DNA of 64,000 bases from Patescibacteria group bacterium (GTDB lineage Bacteria > Patescibacteriota > Minisyncoccia > Phycocordibacterales > PALSA-1337). The notes below the pieces were generated by a model. That model did not search any database. It was not told the DNA's origin and saw only the letters and a list, made by a program, of their open reading frames with translations. Position numbers and translations under genes: made by a program. The stretch covers positions 3,519 through 67,518 of the forward strand of contig JAGWWT010000003.1 in the NCBI GenBank assembly GCA_018970245.1. The letters run 5' to 3'. Below, in pieces: positions 18,356 through 27,605 of this stretch (its first letter is position 1; each line of letters opens with the position of its first letter).

Positions 18356-19516
18356 ATGAAAAGAATCCACCCTGACGTCATTAGGCTCGGCCTTGTCAGC
18401 TTCCTCACGGATGTGAGCTCCGAAGCCATATTCTCTGTCTTCGCGGTCTTCTTCACGACGATAGCTGGTGCGTCGGCGGCATTGCTCGGAGTCGTCGAAG
18501 GCTTGTCTGATTTCTCTGCGTCATCTCTGGACTATGTTTCCGGTTGGATGTCGGACAAGACAGGCAGACGTAAATCGCTAGCTGTCGTTGGCTATGGATT
18601 TTCGACTCTGGCTAAATTCTTCCTGCTCGTTGCCAACTCGATCGCTTCTCTGTCTTTGTTCAGGATAGTCGAGCGCCTCGGCAAGAGCTTCCGCGGACCG
18701 CCGCGCGACGCCTGGCTAGCGGATGTCGCCGCCGAAGCCGATCGCGGATTCTCATTCGGCGTTCATAAAGCGATGGACAAAGCCGGCGCCGTTCTGGGCC
18801 CTGTATTAGCCTTCCTGCTTTTGGCCTGGCTCGGCCAAGATCTGCACGGATTCAAGGTGCTATTCATCTGCACGGCGATCGTAGCAGTCTTCGCTGTACT
18901 TTTCCTTCTCGTCATGAAGGACCGCCCCGGCGCGCCGCACCAGCGCGACAATATCTTCAAAGCCTGGCGATTCCTGTCCCCCGGCTTCAAGCTCTACCTC
19001 ATCCCAGCCGGAATATTCTCGCTCGCCTATTTCAGCTTCGGCTTCCTGCTCCTCAAGGCCTATGAGGTTGGGTTCTCGATCGCCGACGTCATCCTTCTGT
19101 ATGCCCTTTTCAATGTGGCCTTCGTGATAGCATCGATCCCGATCGGCAGCTTAGGAGACAGGATCGGCCGTCACTGGCTGATCAAAATGGAATATGCCAT
19201 CTATGCTCTCATGTCTTTAGGCTTCATCTTCGCCACGGATAAATGGGAGATCGTCGGGCTTTTCATAATCTTCGGCGTCTTCTACTCCATAGACGAGGCT
19301 CAGACGAAGGCCTTCATCGCCGACCTAGAGCCGGAACGCCGCGGCAGCGCCATCGGCCTCTATAATTTCTTCTCCGGCATCGTCTACCTGCCGGCTTCGC
19401 TCATCGCAGGCGCGCTTTGGACTGTTGATCCGTCTTACTCGTTCGTGTTCGCTTTGATAGTCTCAGTCATCGCTCTTCTCATATTCGCCGTCATGGATAG
19501 GAGGATCCTTCGTTGA
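18356..19516 (+). CDS. MFS transporter
   Basis: 386 aa, 12 predicted TM helices, MFS loop motif GWMSDKTGRRKSL. Confidence 0.75.
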   Translation: MKRIHPDVIRLGLVSFLTDVSSEAIFSVFAVFFTTIAGASAALLGVVEGLSDFSASSLDYVSGWMSDKTGRRKSLAVVGYGFSTLAKFFLLVANSIASLSLFRIVERLGKSFRGPPRDAWLADVAAEADRGFSFGVHKAMDKAGAVLGPVLAFLLLAWLGQDLHGFKVLFICTAIVAVFAVLFLLVMKDRPGAPHQRDNIFKAWRFLSPGFKLYLIPAGIFSLAYFSFGFLLLKAYEVGFSIADVILLYALFNVAFVIASIPIGSLGDRIGRHWLIKMEYAIYALMSLGFIFATDKWEIVGLFIIFGVFYSIDEAQTKAFIADLEPERRGSAIGLYNFFSGIVYLPASLIAGALWTVDPSYSFVFALIVSVIALLIFAVMDRRILR

Positions 19517-19565
19517 CATTTTCCTGGTCCGGAGTAGTTTGTCACCAGAACAGAAAGGTCAAAAT

Positions 19566-20261
19566 ATGAGAAATGTGATCATCGCCGGAAAAGGCAACAT
19601 GGCGCAGCTCTTCACGACGGAGCTCCAACATATGGGGTACGACGTCTATGATTTCGAGCATCTTCCTGATGGCTACGTGGCCGGATTGGACAGTTCCGAA
19701 ACAGTCGGGTTGCACGTGGGAAGCGGCAAGGATCTGGACCGATTCGTGGCCAGATGCGCCGATCTCGAAATACCAGTCCTCCAAGGATCGACTGGCCAAA
19801 AGATAGACGAGGCCTGGCCTGGCTTGGTGGTCAACGCAGATAACTTCGCCTTGCCGATCCTGCGCGTGATCCAGCTCCTGTCCAAGATCGCCGGTAGCCT
19901 CGGTCCCTCGCAAGGCTTGAACATGAAAGCTGGCCTGGCCGAATCCCATCAGTGGTCAAAGAAATCTGTGCCTGGCACAGCCAAGCGGATGGCTGCTGCG
20001 ATCGGCGTCGAAGAATCGGACATAAAGTCCGTGCGCGATCCTGACCTGCAGATGGCCATGGGAGTGCCAGCCGATGCGCTAGATGCTCACGGCCACCACT
20101 TCCTGACTTGGACAGGCTTCGGAGTGCAGATCCAACTTACCACGAGGATCAACGGCCGCGGCGCCTATTTCGAAGGCGGCCTGCACTTGCTGCAGATACT
20201 GCACGACAGACGCCATGAGAGAGGGGTGCACGACGTCCTCGACTTCCTCGACCGGAAGTGA
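19566..20261 (+). CDS. dapB: 4-hydroxy-tetrahydrodipicolinate reductase-like (DapB family)
   Basis: The DapB signature region ESHQWSKKSVPGTAKRMAAAIG matches the (L/I)HHxxKxDAPSGTA block, with N-terminal NAD-binding VIIAGKGNMAQ. Start placed at the ATG MRNVIIAG; the ORF extends to 19539. Confidence 0.6.
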   Translation: MRNVIIAGKGNMAQLFTTELQHMGYDVYDFEHLPDGYVAGLDSSETVGLHVGSGKDLDRFVARCADLEIPVLQGSTGQKIDEAWPGLVVNADNFALPILRVIQLLSKIAGSLGPSQGLNMKAGLAESHQWSKKSVPGTAKRMAAAIGVEESDIKSVRDPDLQMAMGVPADALDAHGHHFLTWTGFGVQIQLTTRINGRGAYFEGGLHLLQILHDRRHERGVHDVLDFLDRK

Positions 20262-20311
20262 GGCGGGGCGCTCCAGATGACAGTTCCAAGCTCGCAGCGA
20301 TGCGGGCGTTT

Positions 20312-21043
20312 TTATTTCACAAAGAAAGTCGCTCTGACCGTCACCATGACGTTCTTTTCGATGGATGAGGTGTCGTATTGGCCGTAATCGGAGACATCTA
20401 TCGAGTTCGGCGCAAGGACCTGGACGACGCCGCTCGAAGCCGCCTTGAGAGCGCCTACCCTTGTGCCGGCGCTGCTGGCGATCTGCTCTGCCCTGTTCCT
20501 CGCATCCGTGAGCGCGGCGCCGAGGAGAGAGACGCGCAAGGCGGCCAGCTTCGAAGAGAAATACTGCGGCTGGTCGGCCATGACCAAGATACCCTTCGAA
20601 GTCAGCGCCTCGGTCGATTTCGAGAGCTTGTCTATGATCTGCGGATCGTCGGACTGGACAGTCACTCTCTGGCTCACCTCGAACTGCCTCGGTCCGCCGC
20701 TTTGGTCGGTCTTGTAGTTATACTGCTGCATCGTCATCGGCGCGGCTATGGTTATGTCAGCGTCCGGGATCCCGTTATCGGAAAGGAACTTCTTGGCTGC
20801 CGCAAGATCCGAAGCGAGCCCTGAATATGCGCCCTCCAAGTAGCCTTCCGTGGCCTGGCGCGACAGCGTGAATGACCATGAAGCATTGTCGGCTGAGACC
20901 TTTTGGGAAGCCGACCCTGTGACCACCAGGGTGTTATCGAAGCTGCGGACCGTGATAAAGGCGTAGACGCCTATGAGGGACGCGACCACGAGGGCTGCGC
21001 CCAAAATGATCGCCGGAGCGATCAAAGAGTTCTTATTTTTCAT
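20312..21043 (-). CDS. SIMPL/DUF541-family periplasmic protein (YggE-like), N-terminal TM anchor
   Basis: 243 aa with TM anchor and SIMPL-like pattern (...TVRATFFVK C-terminus). Confidence 0.5.
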   Translation of the reverse strand: MKNKNSLIAPAIILGAALVVASLIGVYAFITVRSFDNTLVVTGSASQKVSADNASWSFTLSRQATEGYLEGAYSGLASDLAAAKKFLSDNGIPDADITIAAPMTMQQYNYKTDQSGGPRQFEVSQRVTVQSDDPQIIDKLSKSTEALTSKGILVMADQPQYFSSKLAALRVSLLGAALTDARNRAEQIASSAGTRVGALKAASSGVVQVLAPNSIDVSDYGQYDTSSIEKNVMVTVRATFFVK

Positions 21044-21061
21044 GAGCAGATTGTACCACCT

Positions 21062-21802
21062 TCACTTGACGAATTCATCATCGGCAGAAAGCCGGCTATG
21101 CACACGCGTGTCGCTCTCCATCTCGCCGTCCATGAGACGGATTATGCGCTCGGCGTGGTCTGCGGTAGAGGTCTCGTGGGTGATGAGGACTATCGTCTTC
21201 CCGTGCTCCTCATTCAGGTGCTGCATGATGGCCATGACGGTCTTGCCGGATTTGCTGTCGAGATTGCCGGTCGGCTCATCCGCGAAGATGACCTCTGGAT
21301 CAGTCACCAGCGCGCGAGCGATGGCCACTCTCTGGCGCTCGCCGCCGGAGAGCTCAGACTGGCCGTGATGCATGCGATGGGCCAGACCGACCGATTCGAC
21401 TGCTTCGCGCGCGCGATCGTCCCATTCATGCTCTGGTATCTTCGAATAATAGAGAGGCAGTTTGACGTTGTCGATGACGCTCGTCCGCGGCAGAAGGTTG
21501 AAGGCCTGGAAGACGAAGCCGATTTCCCTGTTGCGCAGATCGGCAAGCTCGTCTGAAGTGTATGAGGTCACATTCTTGCCGTTGAAACGGTAGCTGCCAG
21601 AGGTCGGCTCGTCGAGAAGGCCCAAAAGGTGCAGAAGGGTCGATTTCCCGCTCCCTGATGGCCCCATGATGGCCAAGAATTGGCCGCGCGGCACGTCGAA
21701 GCTGACCTTATCCAGAGCGACAGTCGGCGTCTCGCTGCCGTCTCCGTAGGCCTTGCGGAGATTCTTGACGGAGATGACGCTTTCGGCTTCTTTGGCAGTC
21801 AT
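21062..21802 (-). CDS. ABC transporter ATP-binding protein (MacB/LolD-type)
   Basis: Walker A GPSGSGKST; signature LSGGERQRVAIARAL; Walker B IFADEPTGNLD. Confidence 0.9.
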   Translation of the reverse strand: MTAKEAESVISVKNLRKAYGDGSETPTVALDKVSFDVPRGQFLAIMGPSGSGKSTLLHLLGLLDEPTSGSYRFNGKNVTSYTSDELADLRNREIGFVFQAFNLLPRTSVIDNVKLPLYYSKIPEHEWDDRAREAVESVGLAHRMHHGQSELSGGERQRVAIARALVTDPEVIFADEPTGNLDSKSGKTVMAIMQHLNEEHGKTIVLITHETSTADHAERIIRLMDGEMESDTRVHSRLSADDEFVK

Positions 21803-22404
21803 TTGAATAGGGCTTTGATGTCTCCGGCGAGCTCGGGAAATTCCGAACCAGTGAAATGTCCTCGTCCTTCGAACTTCTTTAATATCGCATTCGGCAAGCG
21901 CTCTTTGTAAGATTCAGCATCTTTGAAGTCGACATAGGGATCATCCGTGCTGTGGTATATGGTGATCCTGCCTCCCTGTTCAGAGAGCAGATCGAGGCTT
22001 TTTGGCAGGATAAAATCTGCCATATCCTTCTCATTCGGATCGTTCGCAAATGGCGCAGCCACCAATAATACGGCCTCCAGTCTCATTTTCAATTTATTTT
22101 CCGACAGATACTTGGCTAAGAAGATGCCTCCCAATGAATGCCCCACGAGCACCGAGTTGTCTTTAATCTGCGGCACGATCTTATCGAACCAGATCTTCCA
22201 CTCGAGGTACTTGGCATTAGCACTGTTCGGCATTCTTGGCGTATATACTAGAAAGTCAGTACCTAGCAATGCTTCTAATGTTTCTCGCCACCTCTTCCTT
22301 CTGGCATCTTCAAGGTCGAATTCCTCCGCCTTCAGGTCGGCGATGTACTTCTCGTATGTTTCCGGCGTATCGCCGCCGTGGATGACGATGACTTGGCGCT
22401 TCAT
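21799..22404 (-). CDS. alpha/beta-fold serine hydrolase (RBBP9/YdeN-like)
   Basis: Nucleophile elbow GHSLGG; about 200 aa. Confidence 0.6.
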   Translation of the reverse strand: MKRQVIVIHGGDTPETYEKYIADLKAEEFDLEDARRKRWRETLEALLGTDFLVYTPRMPNSANAKYLEWKIWFDKIVPQIKDNSVLVGHSLGGIFLAKYLSENKLKMRLEAVLLVAAPFANDPNEKDMADFILPKSLDLLSEQGGRITIYHSTDDPYVDFKDAESYKERLPNAILKKFEGRGHFTGSEFPELAGDIKALFK

Positions 22405-22416
22405 GATGTCAGTATA

Positions 22417-22674
22417 TCACTTATACAATTCTGGATGCGTGCCTATCGCGACGATAAGGACACTGCCCTTCTCCTTATAATAGATCGCCCGATAGTTACC
22501 AGTGATGTTGATGCTTCGGCAGCCAGAATATGCCCGTTCGACAGAATGATTGTTCAAAATAACGTGATAGGGTTCACGCAGGAACAGTGCAATACGCTCG
22601 TCAAACTGCTCCCGAAGCCTTGGGGACAATTTCTTCAATTTCTTTTTTGCGTCGGAGTGAAGAAAAACGTGCAT
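22417..22674 (-). CDS. relE: type II toxin, RelE/ParE superfamily (YafQ-like mRNA interferase)
   Basis: 85 aa; C-terminus GCRSINITGNYRAIYYKEKGSVLIVAIGTHPELYK matches the RelE/YafQ pattern. It lies 3 nt downstream of a DinJ-like gene. Confidence 0.7.
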   Translation of the reverse strand: MHVFLHSDAKKKLKKLSPRLREQFDERIALFLREPYHVILNNHSVERAYSGCRSINITGNYRAIYYKEKGSVLIVAIGTHPELYK

Positions 22675-22677
22675 CTC

Positions 22678-22977
22678 CTAATTATCCAGCCATTTTTTCA
22701 TCTGTGCAACTGACGTGAAGGCCGGGGAGATGTTCTTACCCTTTTTGAAGTCGTTGATCGCGCGCTCTATTTGCCTTCGGGTGCGGTCATTGAAATGCTC
22801 TTCTTCGGATACGTCGACATTGAACCTCTTTTCTGCATAGGCTCTAAGGCTCAGCTTTAAAACAGCGGAAAGCGGAATGCCTTCGCTTTTGGCTCTTTTC
22901 ATTGCCTGTTCCTTGATCTTGCTATCGACATTGATGATAACAGTTGATGTCATGTTTTTGTATTTATTTTTGGCCAC
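22678..22977 (-). CDS. relB: type II antitoxin, DinJ/RelB family
   Basis: TSTVIINVDSKIKEQAMKRAKSEGIPLSAVLKLSLRAYAEKRF resembles the DinJ N-terminal RHH-like region. Start is 22977 or 22953. AT-rich. Confidence 0.65.
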   Translation of the reverse strand: MAKNKYKNMTSTVIINVDSKIKEQAMKRAKSEGIPLSAVLKLSLRAYAEKRFNVDVSEEEHFNDRTRRQIERAINDFKKGKNISPAFTSVAQMKKWLDN

Positions 22978-22986
22978 GTCTGACTA

Positions 22987-23024
22987 GACGCATATATATC
23001 TTATATATTACAAATATATATGTC
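22987..23024. promoter_or_regulatory. imperfect inverted repeat (GACGCATATATAT - N14 - ATATATATGTC) upstream of the TA operon; candidate autoregulatory operator/promoter
   Basis: Read directly at 22987-23024. It is AT-rich with TATA-like boxes and sits 10-50 bp upstream of the antitoxin start. Confidence 0.4.
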
Positions 23025-23480
23025 AATCATTCCGGCCCCTGAAGCTCAGGATGTAATCGAGCAGTTCGGACAGATTGCATCTGGCTAATCCGATCGCCGT
23101 ATCGGCCGCACCGTAATAGACATAAAGCATGTCGCCGATCACTATTGCGCCTTCAGGAAAAGTCACATTGGGCACAAGACCGGATGTTTCATATTCCGTG
23201 GCCGGCTGCAATAGATATCCTGGGACTCTTGCGATCAGTTTGTCCGGTTCATCGAGGTCGAGGAGGCTGCACCGATCGTCCAAGAGTCTGACATGGATTC
23301 ACCCGAGTAAATGAGAAGCCAGCCTTTATCGGTTCTGAACAGCATCCTAACTAGATCTTTATCCTGAACGACGGATGGGTTGAAGACGGCTTTGCCTTCC
23401 CATCCGACGTCTGGTCTTGGGATCAAAATCGGCTTAGGTTCTTCTTCGCTCGGATAACGCTCTAGATGGAATTTTTTCAC
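23023..23480 (-). pseudogene. glycoside hydrolase family 130 (mannoside phosphorylase-like) remnant, frameshifted and truncated
   Basis: Two ORFs in different frames carry the GH130 N-terminal block (KAVFNPSVV...GWLLIYSGES) and C-terminal block (LYVYYGAADTAIGLARCNLSELLDYIL). Together about 160 aa versus the roughly 300 aa expected. Confidence 0.6.
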
Positions 23481-23489
23481 GATTGAATC

Positions 23490-25013
23490 TTACTGCTTTA
23501 TGTACGTCACCACCTTGTCGCCCACATTCAAGCCGGAAGTGATCTCGGTCGTGCCGTCGGAACCCTTGAGGCCGATCGTCACGGGAACGGAAGAATATGT
23601 CTTGCCGTCGGCGGAAACTAGCCTTACTGACTTGGCGCCGTTATCGTCGGTTATAGCGCGCGATGGGACTTCAAGAACATCTGCCGCCTGGTGCGTGAGG
23701 ATATCCAGGTTTGCGGTCATCCCAGAACGGATGCGTGCATCTGGCGTGACAAAATACAGCGTGACCTTGTAGGTCGGAACTCCCTCGATGACCGTCTCTG
23801 CAGGGTCGATCATAGCTACCTGCGACGGAAAATCGGTATCGGAACCGTAAGCGTCCAGTGTCGTCGAGGCCAGATCGCCGACCGCTACTTTGGCGATGTC
23901 CGCTTCCGGGACATACGCTTCTATCTTGAATGAGCTGTTCTGGACCGCAAATCCGGAAGAGCCTGCAGCCGCGAACTCCCCTACTGACGGATCGGCTCTA
24001 GTGACGATGCCGTCGATGGGCGAAGTCAATGTATCCTGATCGAGCACGGCTTTCGCCTGAGCCACTTTGGCCGCCTGGGCCGCTATAGACTGCTCTGAAT
24101 TGCCAGAGAGCTTCAGGTTATAGTCGGATAGCGCCTGGTCATATGAAGCCTGCGCGGCAGTCAGGCTGGATTGGGCGGTCGTCACGGCGTCTATCGCGGA
24201 ATTCAGAGCTGAAAGCGCCGAGTTCATGGAAGCCACATCGGAATCGATGGCTGACTGCGATAGCCCGGAATTGCCGGTGCTCATAGCATTGACGACCCCT
24301 GAAAGGTCAAGCATGAAGGACTTGATCTTCGACAGATACCCGGCGGCGTCGGCAAGGAGGCTGGCCGCGGACGTAGATGAGGCCTGGGAGAGCTCGGACG
24401 ACCACTGATTGAATACGCTGCTCACCGCCACGCGCTCGTTGTTCAGCAGATTCTGGTGCACGGTCGAGTCGACGCGGATGTTTATGGCTGGATTGGCGCT
24501 CTGCGGATTGGAGAAGAAGATATCGGCGTAATTGACCTCTGCGCCTTGGGCTTTGGCATAGGCGTCATGGAAGGAGTTCACGGCCGCGTCTTTGGCGCTG
24601 TCCAGAGCGGTCTTGGACGAAGCTACGTCGGATTCCTGGACAGCGAGCTCTGCGGGGGTGAGAGAGCGCGACATATCCGCCAGAGTCGCCTCAGCGCTCG
24701 CCAGCGCGGCCCTGTCGGCAGAATCGTCCAACGAAGCTATCTTATCGCCTTTCTTGATTTGGTCGCCGACTTTGACATATATCTCGGATATGACGCCGCT
24801 CTTCTCGAAGGCCAAGTCCGCTTTGCCTATAGGAGATACGGATCCAGTGACGGAGACGAGCTCAGTCACGGTGCCTATCTGGGCGGAAGCCGCATCGAAG
24901 TTCGGGGGTTGATTGCTGCTCCTGACCGCGGAAATGACGACGATCAGCACGATTATGACGGCTATAGCGATGAACCACCAGCTCTTTAGGAACCTCCAGC
25001 GGGATTTTTTCAT
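23490..25013 (-). CDS. HlyD/MacA-family periplasmic adaptor (membrane fusion protein) with long coiled-coil
   Basis: N-terminal TM, biotinyl-lipoyl-like half (IASLDDS...; TLTSPIDGIV), long Ala/Ser-rich helical hairpin and a C-terminal beta domain. Start at the ATG MKKSRWRF. Confidence 0.8.
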   Translation of the reverse strand: MKKSRWRFLKSWWFIAIAVIIVLIVVISAVRSSNQPPNFDAASAQIGTVTELVSVTGSVSPIGKADLAFEKSGVISEIYVKVGDQIKKGDKIASLDDSADRAALASAEATLADMSRSLTPAELAVQESDVASSKTALDSAKDAAVNSFHDAYAKAQGAEVNYADIFFSNPQSANPAINIRVDSTVHQNLLNNERVAVSSVFNQWSSELSQASSTSAASLLADAAGYLSKIKSFMLDLSGVVNAMSTGNSGLSQSAIDSDVASMNSALSALNSAIDAVTTAQSSLTAAQASYDQALSDYNLKLSGNSEQSIAAQAAKVAQAKAVLDQDTLTSPIDGIVTRADPSVGEFAAAGSSGFAVQNSSFKIEAYVPEADIAKVAVGDLASTTLDAYGSDTDFPSQVAMIDPAETVIEGVPTYKVTLYFVTPDARIRSGMTANLDILTHQAADVLEVPSRAITDDNGAKSVRLVSADGKTYSSVPVTIGLKGSDGTTEITSGLNVGDKVVTYIKQ

Positions 25014-25040
25014 AGAAAAGTTGCATATATTGTAGCACAA

Positions 25041-25060
25041 ACGAAAAGGCCCTTGCGGGC
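25041..25060 (-). terminator. possible weak intrinsic terminator after rplC (GCCC-GCAA-GGGC hairpin + U-tract)
   Basis: Minus-strand RNA ...GCCCGCAAGGGCCUUUUCGUUUG, 40 nt downstream of the rplC stop. Confidence 0.35.
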
Positions 25061-25102
25061 TCAGCCCACAGGGTCTTTCGGATATCGCCAGGCGGCAAGA
25101 GC

Positions 25103-25708
25103 CTAGCCGACGATCTCGACGAGCGTTCCCCTTCTGCCCGGGACAGCGCCCGAAACATATAAAATATTGTCTTCAGCGTCTATGTGAGCGACTTTGAGAT
25201 TCTTTACGGTAACGCGGTCCGATCCCATGCGGCCAGCCATTCTGGTGCCTACAGGAACGCGGTTGCGCAAGCCTCCGCCGATCGAGCCCGGCTCGCGCTC
25301 GGAATGCTTCTGGCCGTGTGTGCGAGGGCCGCCACGGAAGCCGTGGCGTTTGACCACGCCCTGGAAGCCCTTGCCCTTGGAGATAGCGCTGACCTGGACA
25401 GTATCGCCGGCCTTGAATTGGTCGATGCCGACCTTGTCGCCGACTTTGAGCGTCGGAGCGTCGACCCTGAATTCCTTGAGGGAAGCGAAGCTGCCGAGCT
25501 CTTTCAGGTGCCCGCGGAGGGGCTTGTTGATCCGGCGAGGATTGCGAGCTCCCTCTCCGACCTGCACAGCCTCATATCCGTCGTTCTCCTTGGTCCGGAC
25601 CTGGGTGACGACATTGCCGCGCACAGCCACAGCAGTGACCGGCACGGCATTGCCTGCCTCGTCATAGATCTGCGTCATATTCAGTTTGCGTCCGAGGATG
25701 AATTTCAT
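25103..25708 (-). CDS. rplC: 50S ribosomal protein L3
   Basis: MKFILGRKLNMTQIYDEAGNAVPVT... Start at ATG 25708. The ORF-track start at 25729 is a GTG inside the upstream repeat. Confidence 0.92.
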   Translation of the reverse strand: MKFILGRKLNMTQIYDEAGNAVPVTAVAVRGNVVTQVRTKENDGYEAVQVGEGARNPRRINKPLRGHLKELGSFASLKEFRVDAPTLKVGDKVGIDQFKAGDTVQVSAISKGKGFQGVVKRHGFRGGPRTHGQKHSEREPGSIGGGLRNRVPVGTRMAGRMGSDRVTVKNLKVAHIDAEDNILYVSGAVPGRRGTLVEIVG

Positions 25709-25716
25709 GGGATTAA

Positions 25717-25766
25717 GGTTACAGGTCACAGGTTACAGGTGTCACCTGCTACCTGTTACTTGCTAC
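25717..25766. repeat. heptad-array palindromic element, locus C (rpsJ 3' end|rplC)
   Basis: ggttacaggtcacaggttacaggtgtcacctgctacctgttacttgctac. Overlaps the rpsJ stop codon. Confidence 0.75.
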
Positions 25767-26164
25767 ATCATTTTGACATCTATGTTGACTCCAGATGGCA
25801 GTGATAAATTTGTAAGCGCTTCGATCACTTTCGGGTTCGGGTTGATGATATCGATCAGGCGCTTGTGGACGCGCATCTCGAACTGCTCGCGCGAGTTCTT
25901 GTCGATGAATGACGAGCGGTTGACAGTGTATTTCTTGATCTCCGTCGGCAGCGGGACAGGGCCGTGGACTTCGGCATCATAACGGGCGGCCGTATCCATG
26001 ATCTGCTTCAGGCTGGCATCCAGGATCTTGTGCTCGTAGGCGCGGACGCGGATGCGCAGATGCGGAGCTTCGCCTGCCGCCTTGGCCTTCCTGGCGCGCG
26101 GAGCGGCCTTGGGCTTGACGCTTGAAGGAGTCTCTTTCTTAGCTGTGTCTTTGTGGGTTGGCAT
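25763..26164 (-). CDS. rpsJ: 30S ribosomal protein S10 with about 35-aa Lys/Ala/Pro-rich N-terminal extension
   Basis: Core LRIRVRAYEHKILDASLKQIMDTAARYDAEVHGPVPLPT; ATG at 26164. Confidence 0.88.
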   Translation of the reverse strand: MPTHKDTAKKETPSSVKPKAAPRARKAKAAGEAPHLRIRVRAYEHKILDASLKQIMDTAARYDAEVHGPVPLPTEIKKYTVNRSSFIDKNSREQFEMRVHKRLIDIINPNPKVIEALTNLSLPSGVNIDVKMM

Positions 26165-26170
26165 ATCAAT

Positions 26171-26222
26171 GGTGACAGGTTACAAGTATCAGGTTTCAAC
26201 CTGCTACCTGTCACCTGCAACT
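26171..26222. repeat. heptad-array palindromic element, locus D (tuf|rpsJ junction)
   Basis: ggtgacaggttacaagtatcaggtttcaacctgctacctgtcacctgcaac. Confidence 0.75.
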
Positions 26223-26225
26223 TCG

Positions 26226-27413
26226 TTACGCGATGACCTTCGTGACGACGCCGGCGCCGACGGTCTTGCCTCCTTCGCGGACGGCGAAGCGCTGCTTGTC
26301 TTCGAGAGCGACCGGAGCGACGAGCTTGACCTTGAAGGTCACGGTGTCGCCAGGCATGACCATCTCGACGCCCTCCTTGAGGGTGACTTCGCCGGTCACG
26401 TCGGTCGTGCGGATATAGAACTGCGGCTTGTAACCGGTGAAGAACGGGGTGTGGCGGCCGCCTTCCTCCTTCTTCAAGACATAGACTTCAGCCTCGAATT
26501 CGGTGTGCGGCTTGACGGAACCCGGCTTGGCCAAGACCTGGCCGCGAGAGACGGCATCCTTGGCCGTGCCGCGGAGGAGCAATCCGGCGTTGTCGCCAGC
26601 GATGCCTTCCTTGAGCTGCTTGTTGAACATCTCGATGCCGGTGACGACGGTCTTCGAGGTGTCCTTGAAGCCGACGATCTCGACTTCCTCGTTCAGAGTG
26701 ATCTTGCCGCGCTCGATACGGCCTGTGACGACGGTGCCGCGGCCTTCGATCGAAAAGATGTCCTCGATAGGCATGAGGAACGGCTTGTCGGTCTCGCGGA
26801 TCGGGTCTGGGATATATGTGTCGAGAGCATTCATGAGCTCGCCGATCTTGGCGACCCATTCCTCCTTGCCTTCCATGGCGCCAGTGGCTGAGCCGCGGAT
26901 GACCGGGGCATTCTTGCCGTCGTAATGATTCTTTGTGAGAAGCTCACGCACTTCCTCCTCGACGAGGTCGATGAGGTCCTTCTCCGGGACGAGGTCGCAC
27001 TTGTTAAGGAAGACGATGATCTTCGGGACGCCGACCTGGTAAGCCAGGAGGACGTGCTCGCGAGTCTGGGGCATGACGCCGTCGGTGGCGGATACCACGA
27101 GGATGGCTCCGTCCATCTGGGCGGCGCCGGTGATCATGTTCTTGATATAGTCGGCGTGGCCAGGGGCGTCGATGTGGGCGTAGTGGCGCTTGTCGGACTC
27201 GTATTCTACGTGCGACAAGGCGATCGTCACCGTCTTAGTGGCGTCGCGGACTGTTCCGCCCTTGGTAATCTCGGCGTAGGCCTTCTCTTTGGCCATGCCC
27301 TTCTTGGCCTGGACCGCGACGATCGCGGCGGTCAAGGTCGACTTGCCGTGGTCGATGTGGCCGATGGTGCCGACGTTTACGTGCGGCTTCGTGCGATTGA
27401 ATTCTGCTGCCAT
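26226..27413 (-). CDS. tuf: elongation factor Tu
   Basis: 395 aa, [21 protein letters not shown]; unmistakable. Confidence 0.98.
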   Translation of the reverse strand: MAAEFNRTKPHVNVGTIGHIDHGKSTLTAAIVAVQAKKGMAKEKAYAEITKGGTVRDATKTVTIALSHVEYESDKRHYAHIDAPGHADYIKNMITGAAQMDGAILVVSATDGVMPQTREHVLLAYQVGVPKIIVFLNKCDLVPEKDLIDLVEEEVRELLTKNHYDGKNAPVIRGSATGAMEGKEEWVAKIGELMNALDTYIPDPIRETDKPFLMPIEDIFSIEGRGTVVTGRIERGKITLNEEVEIVGFKDTSKTVVTGIEMFNKQLKEGIAGDNAGLLLRGTAKDAVSRGQVLAKPGSVKPHTEFEAEVYVLKKEEGGRHTPFFTGYKPQFYIRTTDVTGEVTLKEGVEMVMPGDTVTFKVKLVAPVALEDKQRFAVREGGKTVGAGVVTKVIA

Positions 27414-27605
27414 ATTATTGATTTAGTGCTCAGCCTTTTTTTCTAACGCATGAGCCAGGCTAGAAGAAAAGGCCGAGATAAATTGTTAATAGCTTAATAA
27501 AACGCCCGAAAGAACAAGTAGGGGGCGCGTCCCGGAATGGTAGCACGCCGTCTGAAATCGCGCAAATCGGCTACAAATCGGAGGCAAAAGAGCGGTGCGG
27601 GGCGC

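Noticed and set aside
20262-20311. Terminator between dapB-like and SIMPL genes
   Set aside because: A T-rich run (TTTTTATTT) is present but the preceding stem (CGCAGCGATGCGGGCG) is too irregular to call confidently.
25709-25729. Upstream start for rplC at 25729
   Set aside because: That codon is a GTG inside the palindromic repeat, whereas the ATG at 25708 gives the canonical L3 N-terminus MKFILGRKLNMTQIY.
27414-27605. Possible tRNA upstream of tuf, a common location
   Set aside because: No cloverleaf could be built by eye; there is no GTTCRANYC T-arm or CCA-adjacent acceptor pairing. No tRNA or rRNA was recognised anywhere in the window.
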